A DNA stretch of 64,000 nucleotides from an uncultured archaeon (GTDB lineage Archaea > Asgardarchaeota > Lokiarchaeia > Sigyniarchaeales > SOKP01): positions 520,242-584,241 of the forward strand of contig CAZALK010000001.1 of the NCBI GenBank assembly GCA_964486045.1, in the 5' to 3' direction. This document shows, one piece after another, positions 20,825 through 31,207 of this stretch. The notes under the pieces are model-generated. The model searched no databases, had not been told where the DNA came from, and was given only the letters and a program-made list of their open reading frames with translations. Position numbers and translations under genes: made by a program. How positions within the stretch are numbered: position 1 is the first letter of the stretch; every line of letters begins with the position of its first letter.

Positions 20825-21178
20825 ATGTCAAAAGTTAGAAGAAAACAGATCACCCGTAAGAGGGTAATTTCGGAATTAGATATCAAATTTGAAAAAATAA
20901 TCCAATTTTCCGGTTGGATGTTTTTATTGGCCCTGGGAGCTTTTATGGGTGTATGGGTACTCCTTGACGACATTTTAAGTATTTTAAACTTAAGTTTAGA
21001 TGAGATGACTTTTAGCTTCATCATTTTTACTGGCACAAATTCAGCCGTTAGCTTTGGAATAGCTTCAAAAATAAAAGGAGACCCAGATAAAAAAAGAAGT
21101 TATTTTCTTGATTGGTTATTGGGGGAATTTCTTCTGTGTATGTTCGCTATCTTCGCAGTTGCAGCTTATCAATGGTGA
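20825..21178 (+). CDS. 3-TM membrane protein, candidate EMC6-like or DAD1-like (unverified)
   Basis: 117 aa, basic N-terminus, three hydrophobic helices; family match is by eye only. Confidence 0.55.
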   Translation: MSKVRRKQITRKRVISELDIKFEKIIQFSGWMFLLALGAFMGVWVLLDDILSILNLSLDEMTFSFIIFTGTNSAVSFGIASKIKGDPDKKRSYFLDWLLGEFLLCMFAIFAVAAYQW

Positions 21179-21227
21179 AATTTGATTTCTTATTCCATCT
21201 ATTAAAATTTATTAATAATTGTTCAAA

Positions 21228-21581
21228 TTATTTATAGTCTTCTCTTGAAGGGTTAAATACATCGATTACTTCAGAGTTTTCCAGCACCAACGCACCATGT
21301 TTTTCATTTGAATCGAAAAAATAACTATCCCCCTCTGAAGCAATAAATTCATAATTTTCGGTAATGAATTTTAGTTTACCTTTAATGATATAGCCGATTT
21401 GGGATTCATTATGATTATGTAAAGGAATCTCTGCATTTTCTTCAAGATCAAAATGACACAACATAAGGTTGTTATCATATGTTAATGTTTTTCGATAAAC
21501 TCCTTCAAAGACTTTGATGGATTGAACATCTTCTTTATTCTTGACATTTGTGGGCATAATAAATTTACTCAAAGAATTCAA
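21228..21581 (-). CDS. Cupin-domain protein
   Basis: PLHNHNESQIGY, KHGA, DVFNPSREDY. Confidence 0.88.
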   Translation of the reverse strand: MNSLSKFIMPTNVKNKEDVQSIKVFEGVYRKTLTYDNNLMLCHFDLEENAEIPLHNHNESQIGYIIKGKLKFITENYEFIASEGDSYFFDSNEKHGALVLENSEVIDVFNPSREDYK

Positions 21582-21984
21582 ATTGATAAATTTTTTGTTT
21601 AAATGTCGATATACCTATATTTTTTTAGATTGATTATTAATTAACTCAATAAAAAACCCTAGTGTCTACGACAAAATTTGTTAATGTTGGTAATAAATGA
21701 AATCAAAAATTAGAAATCAACCAGACTCTGAATAATTATGTAATTTTCTCTAACTTAAGTAAACAGAAAAGGAGAATGTAAATAATTGGTTAATAAAATA
21801 AGTTTAAATTGGAAAAACAAATAAATTTTTATATCAAAAGAGGTAAATTTATTAACGATAATAAAGAATTAATAATTCTCTTAATTCTACTCATAATCCC
21901 GACATAAAATTGGATTTTAAAATATCGTAAATCGTAGTAGTTTATTGTTAATGTTTATCAAAAATTGAAAAGAGATGGTTAATA

Positions 21985-24120
21985 GTGGTATTGGGAACAG
22001 ATCCAAAAATGTTAAATGAAAAAGAAAATAAAAAAATTAGGCGAAAATATTTAACAAAATTATTACCTCAAGTTTTTAGAACTGAAGGTGATGTTGTAGC
22101 TTTTGACACAGCTAAAATCGAACAGAGTCTTATGAGAGAGACGGATTTAGATCAAAGGACTGCTGATAGAATAACTGAGCTTGTAGTTAGGAGAATCATT
22201 TCATCCGGAATAAAATTTTTATCTGGACCTCATATTAGAGAAATTGTTTGTTCAATTTTGTCAGAACAACACTACGTAGAGGAACGGAAGATATATACTA
22301 GAATAGGTATGCCGTTAATGGATTATGAAGAAATTTTGGAATACGGAGTTGATGAAAACGCAAATCAAGATATGAATCCGGAAAGTATCCATCATTGGGC
22401 TGCAAATAGGATATCAGACGAATATGCGTTATTAAGAATTTTAGACTCAGAAGAAGCTCATGCTCATTTATTTGGCGATATTCATATCCATATGCTCCGT
22501 TATTTTGATTTACGCCCATTTTGTCAAGAATGGGACCCACGGATGATTCTTCAACATGGTTTACCACCGGTAGAAAGTTGGGCTCATTGTAATAAATCAG
22601 GTCCAGCCGGTAGCTTACGAGTTGCTGTAACACACTTAGCCAAATGGCTAGGGATTATCCAAGGTGAATTCAGTGGAGGGCAAGGTTATGATTATATAAC
22701 CACATTTTTAGCTCCATATGCACATGGTATTTCCAAGAGAGAAATAGAGCAATCTATGCAATGTTTAATATTTGAAACTAATCAAATTTTCGCTGCAAGA
22801 GGTGGACAAGTGCCTTTTACTTCAATTTCCTGCACCCCAACCGTACCTGAGGGATTATTAAATATTCCAGCAGTTGGGCCTAAGGGAAAGGTTGTCGGGA
22901 AATATCGGGATTATCTAGATGAATGTCTCGAACTTTTTGATGCCTTAACTGATGTATATATCAAAGGTGATCATAATGGGAAGCTCTTTGCATTCCCGAA
23001 ACATGAAATAAAGATGAAAAAAGAATGGATTCAAGAATTTGAACCATCCTATTTAAAAGTTATGGAAGAATCAGCCACAATGGGAACGCCATATTTTCTT
23101 AATATGTGTCCCGAATGGATGCCAGATGAGATTCATAGTCAATGTTGTAGAAAGTTTTTAAGTGGAAATCAAATAATTGAGCAGTGTAACCTAGATCCAG
23201 AGAAGAGGAAGAATGTCAATATATGGGAAAACTACGTAACAATTGGTTCATTACAATCCGTAAGCCTAAATCTACCTAGGTATGCTTACCTATCTGAAAA
23301 TGAAGAGGATTATTTTACCTTGTTAGATAATAAAATGGAGCTTTCTGCCAGAATTTTAAGAAAAAAATGGAATTTAATAGAAAAACGGTTAAAAACAGGT
23401 CATTTACCCTTATGTAGTGGAAAAATTAATGGTAGACCAATTTTTAATATCAATAATCAAAATCTTTCAATTGGTTTTACTGGGTTAAATGAAGCTGTAA
23501 AAAGTTTAACTGGGTATGAATTACATGAAGATCATACCTCATTTGAACTTGGAAAAAGAATTTTAACGTACTTGGTTGCAAAATGCAATACTATGACAGA
23601 AAGAGATAAGAAATATTATTCACTATGGGAACAACCCTCAGAATCCACAGCCAATCGTTTAGCTAAATTGGATTTAAAACATTTTCCAACAAAAGCTATT
23701 CCTCAATCATATGGTGATTCTGCATATTATACTAATTCAGATCATTTTAGATATGATGCAGATATATCTTTATCAGAGAGAATTAAAAAACAGGGAGAAT
23801 TCCACCCGATAGTTAACGGTGGAGTTATTACTCACATTTGGTTGGGTGAACAAAAGCCGGATATATACGGTTTATGGGAGTTGACAAAAAATATCTGCTT
23901 AAATACTAATACTGCTTATTTTGCGTATACTTCTGATTTTATTTATTGTCCTTCGTGTAGAAAAATGATTAGAGGTGCCCAATTTCATTGTCCAAGATGT
24001 TATTCTAAAGATGTAAAAGTATATTCAAGAGTGACAGGTTATTATAGTGAAGTAAATAGATATAATCCGGGTAAAAAGGCAGAATGGGTAGCCCGTAGAC
24101 GAGAATCCCTTTTTCACTAG
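21985..24120 (+). CDS. nrdD: Class III (anaerobic) ribonucleotide reductase with ATP cone
   Basis: ATP cone, GDIHIH, SGGQG, SQCCR, SLNLPR, Zn site, glycyl-radical motif YSRVTGYY. Confidence 0.96.
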   Translation: MVLGTDPKMLNEKENKKIRRKYLTKLLPQVFRTEGDVVAFDTAKIEQSLMRETDLDQRTADRITELVVRRIISSGIKFLSGPHIREIVCSILSEQHYVEERKIYTRIGMPLMDYEEILEYGVDENANQDMNPESIHHWAANRISDEYALLRILDSEEAHAHLFGDIHIHMLRYFDLRPFCQEWDPRMILQHGLPPVESWAHCNKSGPAGSLRVAVTHLAKWLGIIQGEFSGGQGYDYITTFLAPYAHGISKREIEQSMQCLIFETNQIFAARGGQVPFTSISCTPTVPEGLLNIPAVGPKGKVVGKYRDYLDECLELFDALTDVYIKGDHNGKLFAFPKHEIKMKKEWIQEFEPSYLKVMEESATMGTPYFLNMCPEWMPDEIHSQCCRKFLSGNQIIEQCNLDPEKRKNVNIWENYVTIGSLQSVSLNLPRYAYLSENEEDYFTLLDNKMELSARILRKKWNLIEKRLKTGHLPLCSGKINGRPIFNINNQNLSIGFTGLNEAVKSLTGYELHEDHTSFELGKRILTYLVAKCNTMTERDKKYYSLWEQPSESTANRLAKLDLKHFPTKAIPQSYGDSAYYTNSDHFRYDADISLSERIKKQGEFHPIVNGGVITHIWLGEQKPDIYGLWELTKNICLNTNTAYFAYTSDFIYCPSCRKMIRGAQFHCPRCYSKDVKVYSRVTGYYSEVNRYNPGKKAEWVARRRESLFH

Positions 24121-24166
24121 CTTTTTATTTTCTATTCTTTAAATACAACCCAGTACTATTTCATAT

Positions 24167-24484
24167 ATGGTAAAAATGAATTCAATAATAGAAATTCAAG
24201 AAAAAGCTGATAGGTGGATCCACGAGCATGGTGGATATTGGTCACCTTTATCAATGGTTTGTGCTGTTATGGAAGAATTAGGGGAGGTTGCCAGAGAGAT
24301 TAATTCACTTGAAGGGTACAAACCTAAAAAATCTGGGAAATTTAATTCAAATTTAGGGGAAGAATTAGCGGATCTTCTCTTTTCTATAATTTGCATCGCA
24401 AATCATTATAAGATAGATTTAGGAGAAGAGATAAGTAAAATTTTTGATAAATATTCTTATAGAGATTCAATCCGATTTTGTTAA
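24167..24484 (+). CDS. MazG-like nucleotide pyrophosphohydrolase (YpjD type)
   Basis: EELGEVAREI..GEELADLLF. Confidence 0.9.
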   Translation: MVKMNSIIEIQEKADRWIHEHGGYWSPLSMVCAVMEELGEVAREINSLEGYKPKKSGKFNSNLGEELADLLFSIICIANHYKIDLGEEISKIFDKYSYRDSIRFC

Positions 24485-24667
24485 TTTAATTTATTTTTTC
24501 CTTTTCTAATATAATTCTTTTTTTCCATAGATCTAATAACGTTTCTAATGATGTTTTATGCCTTAAATAATATTATCTATGAAAAAATATATTTAGTAAT
24601 TTTTACTATTTAATATTTAGAATAAATTTATTTGGGAGTTTAATTTCATAAAGTTTGATTTTATAAT

Positions 24668-25447
24668 ATGGGGAAGGATAAAAAAGCACTAGGGATAAAA
24701 ACAACTAGATATTTTACAAAAAATTGTTCTAAATGTGGTTTCGAATATCCTAATTGGTTTACTAACTGTCCAAAATGCGGAACAGCTTGGGATGAATTGG
24801 AGGCAAAAGCATTTACTTTAACAACTGAAACACAAAAGAAGACTATTAAAATTGTAGTAAAGATAACAGAAGAAGATTTCCATAGAGCAATTCTAAGCGT
24901 AAATTTAATTTTTAGTGCTGACCAAGGAAAATCATGGTATCAGATGGTAATGGACTCAAAAATTGCCTATTATATCGCTGAAATCGCTGAAGTCCCAGCT
25001 GGTTCAATAATTGTCTATTATATAGAGGTTCATTTAGAAAATGGAGAGAAAATAATCGAAAACAACGATAACAAGTATTTCTATTATAAAGTAGGTGTTT
25101 CAGTTGGAGAACCCGAAGAAAAACCGTCTGAACTTGAAAGAAATGAATTAAAAGGAAAAATTAAGGATAAAGAAATTAGACCTCAAACATACGCTAAAGA
25201 TCCCGCTATATCTCAAATTCCCACTCCTCACATTACTCGAAAGATGATAAAACCCTCTACAGAGGTACCTCAAGAGCCTATTAAATCTGCTACCTTGAAT
25301 AATAACCCAAAATCCTCTTCAAGCAATTTGACGATTTTTGGACAACCTCAGACTACAATTGATCCTGAATTGAAGATTTGTACTCATTGTAACTCTAAAA
25401 TTAAGAAGATGTGGAGTACGTGTCCCATATGCGGAAAAGATCTTTAA
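24668..25447 (+). CDS. Protein with N- and C-terminal zinc ribbons, beta-rich middle domain and Pro-rich linker
   Basis: CSKC..CPKC and CTHC..CPIC motifs. Confidence 0.8.
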   Translation: MGKDKKALGIKTTRYFTKNCSKCGFEYPNWFTNCPKCGTAWDELEAKAFTLTTETQKKTIKIVVKITEEDFHRAILSVNLIFSADQGKSWYQMVMDSKIAYYIAEIAEVPAGSIIVYYIEVHLENGEKIIENNDNKYFYYKVGVSVGEPEEKPSELERNELKGKIKDKEIRPQTYAKDPAISQIPTPHITRKMIKPSTEVPQEPIKSATLNNNPKSSSSNLTIFGQPQTTIDPELKICTHCNSKIKKMWSTCPICGKDL

Positions 25448-25492
25448 GTTACTGAAGAAAGATTTTAGATACTAATCATTTTTTGTAATTAT

Positions 25493-27184
25493 TTATAATT
25501 CACTTCCACATTTATTACAGAAAGCATAATCAGAAGACAACATAGCTCCACAATTTTTACAAATTATCAATTCTTTTTTATCTGATGAGGATTTTTTGCT
25601 TTTTGTTGATGATTGAATTGGAGTGAAGGAACTGGGTTTAGTATTTATATCTGCGGTGTTTGGGATTATCCTCAATTTACTTTTTTCCTGATTTTGTGTT
25701 TTTACCGTTTTACTAAATGGAACAAAGGAAGACGATTGAATTTTTTCAGTTTCATCATCTTTTTGTGCCAAGGCTTGAAAGAGAGAGGGAGTCTTCGGTG
25801 TTTCACCAAAAGAAGTAGGTTTGGGAGTTGGCTGGGAGACGGTAGCTTCAGAGGATATAGATTTTTCTTTTTTCTCTTTTTTTGGTTTCTCTTTCTTTTC
25901 TTTTTTAGCTTTTTTCATTTCCTCTATTAATTTCTGTTGTCGTTCTTTATCTTCCTGAATTTTCTTTTCTTTCTCATCCTTCTTCTTTTGTTTCTCTATT
26001 TTCTTTTTATTCTTCTTGGAATAACTTGGTTCGAGTGTATGGTCTACTGATGAATCAGATTTAGCAGGAACTCGTTGGCTAGATGTTAAGAATGGAGTAG
26101 GTACCGCATTATTCCCTTCTGAAGTATGCAATGATTGATCTATTTGAAATCCTTCTGGAGTTGGTGCAGGAACTGGGATGTTTGAAGTAAAAGGAGCAGC
26201 TTTTGGTATATAAGTTTCTTTACTAGACGATGTGAAAGGTTTGGGAGGAGATTCAATGTTCTGACTAACAAGGTCCTCAGATTCTTCTTCGGCTAATATA
26301 GCGTCGGGAGTTTTAAATTCAAATTCGGTAAATGTCTTTGGTCTTTCCTCTATTTTAGGTTCAGGTATGGGTATTTCAGGTTCAGATTCTGACTCAAAGG
26401 GAGGGTGAAGGCTTGGTTGCACGAGATTCGGCGGTTCTGGAACTGGAGGAGCAGAATAATCATATTCAGGTTCGGGTTCAAATGAATTTGATGGTTCCGG
26501 ATTCACAGTTGAAATAGGTTCTGGAACAGGTGGTGCTGAATATTCAACATCAGTTTGAATTTGAGGTGATGAATCCTCATATGTTTCAGAAGTATTAGGA
26601 GAAATCTGTCCAGGATTGAAAACAATACGATTTGATAAAAGTTGATCAGGTACCCCAGATCCTATCATTAAACAAGCAAGAATATAAAAGCAATCACCAA
26701 CCCCTTCACCTGTTTTGGCTGATGTCTCCATGTAGTATAGATTAAAATTATGGGTGAAAGTGTTTATTTCTTCTAAAGAAACTGCTCTTTGATCAATTAA
26801 ATCACTCTTATTCCCAACAAGTAATAACGGTATCTCATTTTTTACATTTGCTCTAATTTCCTCAATCCATTGAGGAAGATGTTCAAAACTTGATGAATTT
26901 GTTAAGTCAAATATTAATAATGCTCCTAACGACCCTCTATAATACATTGGCCTAATAGAGCTAAAGCGTTCTTGTCCACCTGTATCCCATATTTGTAATT
27001 TAGACCGAATAGTTCCTTCATCAGAATCTATAGAAATAGTTTTGACGTGAAAATCCACACCAATTGTCATTTTATAATCCTCTGTAAAAAAGCCCTTACT
27101 AAACCGAAGGGTTAGGGCGGTTTTTCCAACCCCTCCATCTCCTACAACGATAGATTTAAAAAGATAGTCGTATTCTTCAGCCAT
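25493..27184 (-). CDS. Rab-like GTPase with long Pro/Ser/Lys-rich tail and C-terminal zinc ribbon
   Basis: GDGGVGKT, IGVDF, KLQIWDTGGQERF, YYRG, NKSD, ETSAK; ends CKNC..CNKC. Confidence 0.92.
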   Translation of the reverse strand: MAEEYDYLFKSIVVGDGGVGKTALTLRFSKGFFTEDYKMTIGVDFHVKTISIDSDEGTIRSKLQIWDTGGQERFSSIRPMYYRGSLGALLIFDLTNSSSFEHLPQWIEEIRANVKNEIPLLLVGNKSDLIDQRAVSLEEINTFTHNFNLYYMETSAKTGEGVGDCFYILACLMIGSGVPDQLLSNRIVFNPGQISPNTSETYEDSSPQIQTDVEYSAPPVPEPISTVNPEPSNSFEPEPEYDYSAPPVPEPPNLVQPSLHPPFESESEPEIPIPEPKIEERPKTFTEFEFKTPDAILAEEESEDLVSQNIESPPKPFTSSSKETYIPKAAPFTSNIPVPAPTPEGFQIDQSLHTSEGNNAVPTPFLTSSQRVPAKSDSSVDHTLEPSYSKKNKKKIEKQKKKDEKEKKIQEDKERQQKLIEEMKKAKKEKKEKPKKEKKEKSISSEATVSQPTPKPTSFGETPKTPSLFQALAQKDDETEKIQSSSFVPFSKTVKTQNQEKSKLRIIPNTADINTKPSSFTPIQSSTKSKKSSSDKKELIICKNCGAMLSSDYAFCNKCGSEL

Positions 27185-27604
27185 TACATGTCAACTGTTT
27201 GCGTTTCACATTAAGCTATTTCTAAAAATTTTCTAAAATGTACAAGCTTATATATATAATTACTATAAATACAAATTTATAATTTTATTTATATCTATAA
27301 AACCGTATTCCGTTATAATAATTATAATTCAATGAGTTATCGAGTAATATTATTTTTGTAATTGATGTGTCAGAGAAATAACATAGAATATGAGAAGAAA
27401 TAAAAAGAGGTTCTACTCTTTAAGAAATTCTGTATGTGATGAAATAGGAAAAACCAAAATAATTACTTGAATAATAAAATTATTGAAATGAAAGAGCGTT
27501 TCATAAATTTACAATCTGATTTCTTTTATCATTTATTATTTCTAGATAAGATTTTTTATAAAGCATTCATATATTTTTTTACATGTTTCAGAAGATGATT
27601 TAAT

Positions 27605-28633
27605 ATGGTAGAAGCGAAAGATATTGATTTTTATTCATTAGGATTTAATTTTATAGCTACGAAATCTATGTTTATTTCTGATTATAAAGATGGGAGTTGG
27701 GATGAGGGTAGATTAGTACCCTTTGGAAATTTTGAAATTTCTCCAGCAGCCTGTGTATTAAATTATGGACAAGGTATTTTTGAAGGTATGAAAGCTTTAA
27801 AAGCAAAATCGGGAGAAATTACATTATTCAGACCTGAAGAAAATGGAAAGAGGTTAAATAAAAGTGGCTCAAGGCTGTTAATGCCTCAGTATCATGTAAA
27901 TAAATTTGTCGAGGCTGTAAGAAAAGTGGTTAAGGCTAATTATGAATATATTCCACCCTATGATAGTGGGGGGGCACTATATGTTCGGCCTTTATTAATT
28001 GGGAACCAGGCAATTTTAGGGGTTGCACCTGCAGAGGAGTATAAATTTTTAATTTTTACTGTCCCCGTTGGACCTTATTTTCCTGAAGGATTCAAAGGAA
28101 TAAATTTAGAAATTTCAAAAAAATATATAAGAGCTGCACCAGGTGGTACAGGATCAGCTAAAACTTGTTGTAATTATGCAGGGACGATGTTACCTGCAAA
28201 GGAAACCAAATCACGGGGATTTGCTCAAATAATTTATTTAGATGCAATAAACAAGGAATATATTGAAGAAGTTGGAACTGCTAATTTTTTTGCGATTATA
28301 AATGATAAGCTTATAACACCCAGAAAAACGGGAACTATTTTGGAAGGAGTAACTCGAGATTCAGTAATAGAGCTTGCATCGAGAAAACTTGGAATTGAAG
28401 TTGAAGAACGAGATATAACCTATAAGGAAATATTTCAAGAAAGTTGTACTGAAGCCTTCTGCACTGGTACTGCGGCTGTTATAACACCAATCGCTTCAGT
28501 TTCTTTAGAAAATCAAAAGCGGGTTTATAATAACAGTGAACCTGGTGAACTTACCACAAAAATATATAAGTTATTAACGGGAATTCAGTATTTGGATATT
28601 GAAGATGAATTTGGGTGGGTAACTAAAATATAA
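27605..28633 (+). CDS. ilvE: Branched-chain amino acid aminotransferase
   Basis: LNYGQGIFEGMKA, LYVRP, catalytic K in GSAK, EEVGTAN, LEGVTR, GTAAVITP. Confidence 0.95.
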   Translation: MVEAKDIDFYSLGFNFIATKSMFISDYKDGSWDEGRLVPFGNFEISPAACVLNYGQGIFEGMKALKAKSGEITLFRPEENGKRLNKSGSRLLMPQYHVNKFVEAVRKVVKANYEYIPPYDSGGALYVRPLLIGNQAILGVAPAEEYKFLIFTVPVGPYFPEGFKGINLEISKKYIRAAPGGTGSAKTCCNYAGTMLPAKETKSRGFAQIIYLDAINKEYIEEVGTANFFAIINDKLITPRKTGTILEGVTRDSVIELASRKLGIEVEERDITYKEIFQESCTEAFCTGTAAVITPIASVSLENQKRVYNNSEPGELTTKIYKLLTGIQYLDIEDEFGWVTKI

Positions 28634-29159
28634 TTATTTTCTTTTGTATATGGTTTGAGATATTCTCTATTAACCTATAAAAAGCTTTTTTAATATTTAG
28701 ACCGGTTTTTGATGATATTTTTAAATACCCAATCACATTTTTATTTTTCCTTCTAATTTCTGTCACATAATCATCGAAGACATTAATTTCATAAGGATCA
28801 ACTTTATCCGTTTTGGATCCTAATATTAACGTAGGTATTTCTCCATATGTATTTAATTTCTTAATCCATTCTTCAACGTTTCGAACTGTATTGAAACGTG
28901 ATAAATCAAACATTACAAATGCTGCAAGTGACCCATCTACAAAATCATATAATAACTTTTTAAATTGATTCTGACCTGCAAAATCCCATATTATAAAATT
29001 ATATTCAGATCCATTAATGTAAACATCTTTTGAAAAAAAATTTACACCTTTGGTTAAACCATTATTCACAATGAAATTATCGTTTATTAATCGGTTAAGA
29101 AATGAGGTTTTCCCTACTCCTCCATCCCCAGAGACAATGACTTTAATCGTGTGTTTCAT
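28623..29159 (-). CDS. Rab-like small GTPase
   Basis: GDGGVGKTS, WDFAGQ, variant G4 SKTD, ISSK. Confidence 0.9.
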   Translation of the reverse strand: MKHTIKVIVSGDGGVGKTSFLNRLINDNFIVNNGLTKGVNFFSKDVYINGSEYNFIIWDFAGQNQFKKLLYDFVDGSLAAFVMFDLSRFNTVRNVEEWIKKLNTYGEIPTLILGSKTDKVDPYEINVFDDYVTEIRRKNKNVIGYLKISSKTGLNIKKAFYRLIENISNHIQKKIIIF

Positions 29160-29459
29160 TTTATTATATGAAATTTTGTTTTTAATTTAAAAAAGTACGA
29201 TAAATTTTGTTTTGAATTTTTCTCCTTAATCTAATAGAAATTCTATAGCCAATCTTAGCTTTTGGACCTGATTTGATGATAAAGATCCCAGAGACAGAAC
29301 GAATTGATTTCATTGATTAATTCTTAAGAGAGATAATGTAAATTGAGAAAGAGTTAAGATATTGACTAATTCATAAATTTATTTTGTTCCTCTTAATGTA
29401 ACAATTTAAGATTAGGATTCGCCTAAATAACGTGTAATATTTTAACGGCAAAAAAAACC

Positions 29460-29678
29460 ATGCCAAATTCTTTAAATATCATTAGGTTATTTCTTAAAAA
29501 GTGTGTTGGTTGTGGGACATGCGTGGAATTATGCCCAAAATCTGCTATTCCAAGCTCATTAATTGGCTTTATTTCATCACTTGCAAAAATAAATGAGAAT
29601 AAATGTGACGGTTGTGGGAAATGTGTTCAAGCTTGCCCTCACGGGGCATTAATTGTTCTCAAAAGAGATTCAATCTGA
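29460..29678 (+). CDS. 2x[4Fe-4S] ferredoxin-like protein
   Basis: CVGCGTCVELCP and CDGCGKCVQACP. Confidence 0.88.
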   Translation: MPNSLNIIRLFLKKCVGCGTCVELCPKSAIPSSLIGFISSLAKINENKCDGCGKCVQACPHGALIVLKRDSI

Positions 29679-30003
29679 GATATTATTCGATTTAGAATTC
29701 TTTCTGAGAATCTTAGCTAAAAAGTTGTTCTTAAATGTTTTTAATATTTCGGGTTCAGATATATTTGATTTTGAGATAATATTATTTATGTAATACAATA
29801 CTTTGATTAGAAAGATTTATTAAGATTAGAAACGAAAAAGTTTAGTAATTAGCCTTTAATAGAGAGATTTTTAAATTGAAAATGAACATATATTTCTGAA
29901 ATTTTTTAATTGAAAACTCATCAGCTATAAAAAGCTAATTAATTGTCAAATTGCTGGAACTGGACTTTTAAATCCTCTACTTGATAGGTTATGAATTTAT
30001 CGC

Positions 30004-31154
30004 TTGATTTTTATGATTCTATTACAAGCGAACTTGTACAAAAATTATGATACAATTGGAAAATGGAAGGGAAAAATGGTTGCTAATACTTTTGCGCCCC
30101 CAGTCGGGAGTCGACCCATGCTCCGTGCGCTAAAAGGATTAATAAAATCTCAATTAATGCCTTATCCTTTTCCTGTTGCCATGACGTTCACAATAACATA
30201 TAACTGTCAATGTAAATGCGTTATTGTAGTGCTGGAAGGCATGATAACAAAGATAGGAAAGAATTATCTACAGAAGAAACGAAAAAACTAATAAATGATG
30301 CTCAAAAATTAGGGGTAACTATAATTGCCTTCACAGGAGGAGAACCGACACTAAGGAAGGATCTTTTTGAGCTTATTACTCACGTAAACAAAAAAAAAGC
30401 GATGCCTGTAATGTTTACAAGTGGTCAATTCCTTACACATGAAAATGTAGAAAAATTGTCTGAAGCAGGACTTTATTCGTCATTTTTAAGTATTGATTCT
30501 CCTAATCCTGAGGAACATAACAAATTAAGAGGCATGCCGGGATTATTTGAAACTGCAATTGAGGGGATTAAGAAAGTGAAATCAACAGGGATTTTCGCAG
30601 GACTTTCTTCTTACGCTACCCGCTCGGGAACAGAAAAAGGAGTTTATAAAAAAATTCACGAGCTAGGTATCAACCTTGGTCTTCATAATATAATCTATTT
30701 TGATTGTGTGCCTACAGGAAATATGCTAAAGGATACAAGTGAGATGTTAACACCTGAATTGCATGAGGAAATCCATAACTATTCTGCTGAAGTATTTAAA
30801 AATAAGATTGTTCCACCTCTTTCATCGCAAGCTTGGCTAAATTCTGTGAAAGCATTTCTTTCTGGAATAGGATGTTTGGCTGCAAATATTCAATATTATG
30901 CTTCTGCTTATGGAGAGATTTCTCCATGTGATTTCTCTCCTCTTTCATTTGGGAATATTCGGAAAGAATCATTAAAAAAAATATAGATGAGGATGGTAAA
31001 ACATCCTGCATTCAATCATCGGAGTCCTTTCTGTAGAATGCAAAACAAGGAATTCAGACATTTCTATATTTATCCCATCCCCGATGACACAAACCTCCCA
31101 TATTCTATAAAAAACCTTCCTAGCGTAGACTACCGGAAAGTAAAAATAGATTAA
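30004..31154 (+). pseudogene. Radical SAM/SPASM-type protein disrupted by a frameshift and a nonsense codon
   Basis: CxxxCxxC split by a 1-nt deletion near 30220; in-frame TAG at 30984-30986 where ESLKKI-W is expected; frame continues to 31154. Confidence 0.88.
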
Positions 31155-31207
31155 GTTAATTATACTTAGTAGTTTCAATAATTTTATCCTACAATAATCT
31201 TACGTTG

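Noticed and set aside
3-24120. Inteins in DP2, Rpo2 or NrdD
   Set aside because: Conserved motifs are contiguous and lengths are normal; no intein-like blocks seen
30984-30986. In-frame TAG as pyrrolysine
   Set aside because: It sits at a conserved Trp position (one change from TGG) in a gene that is already frameshifted
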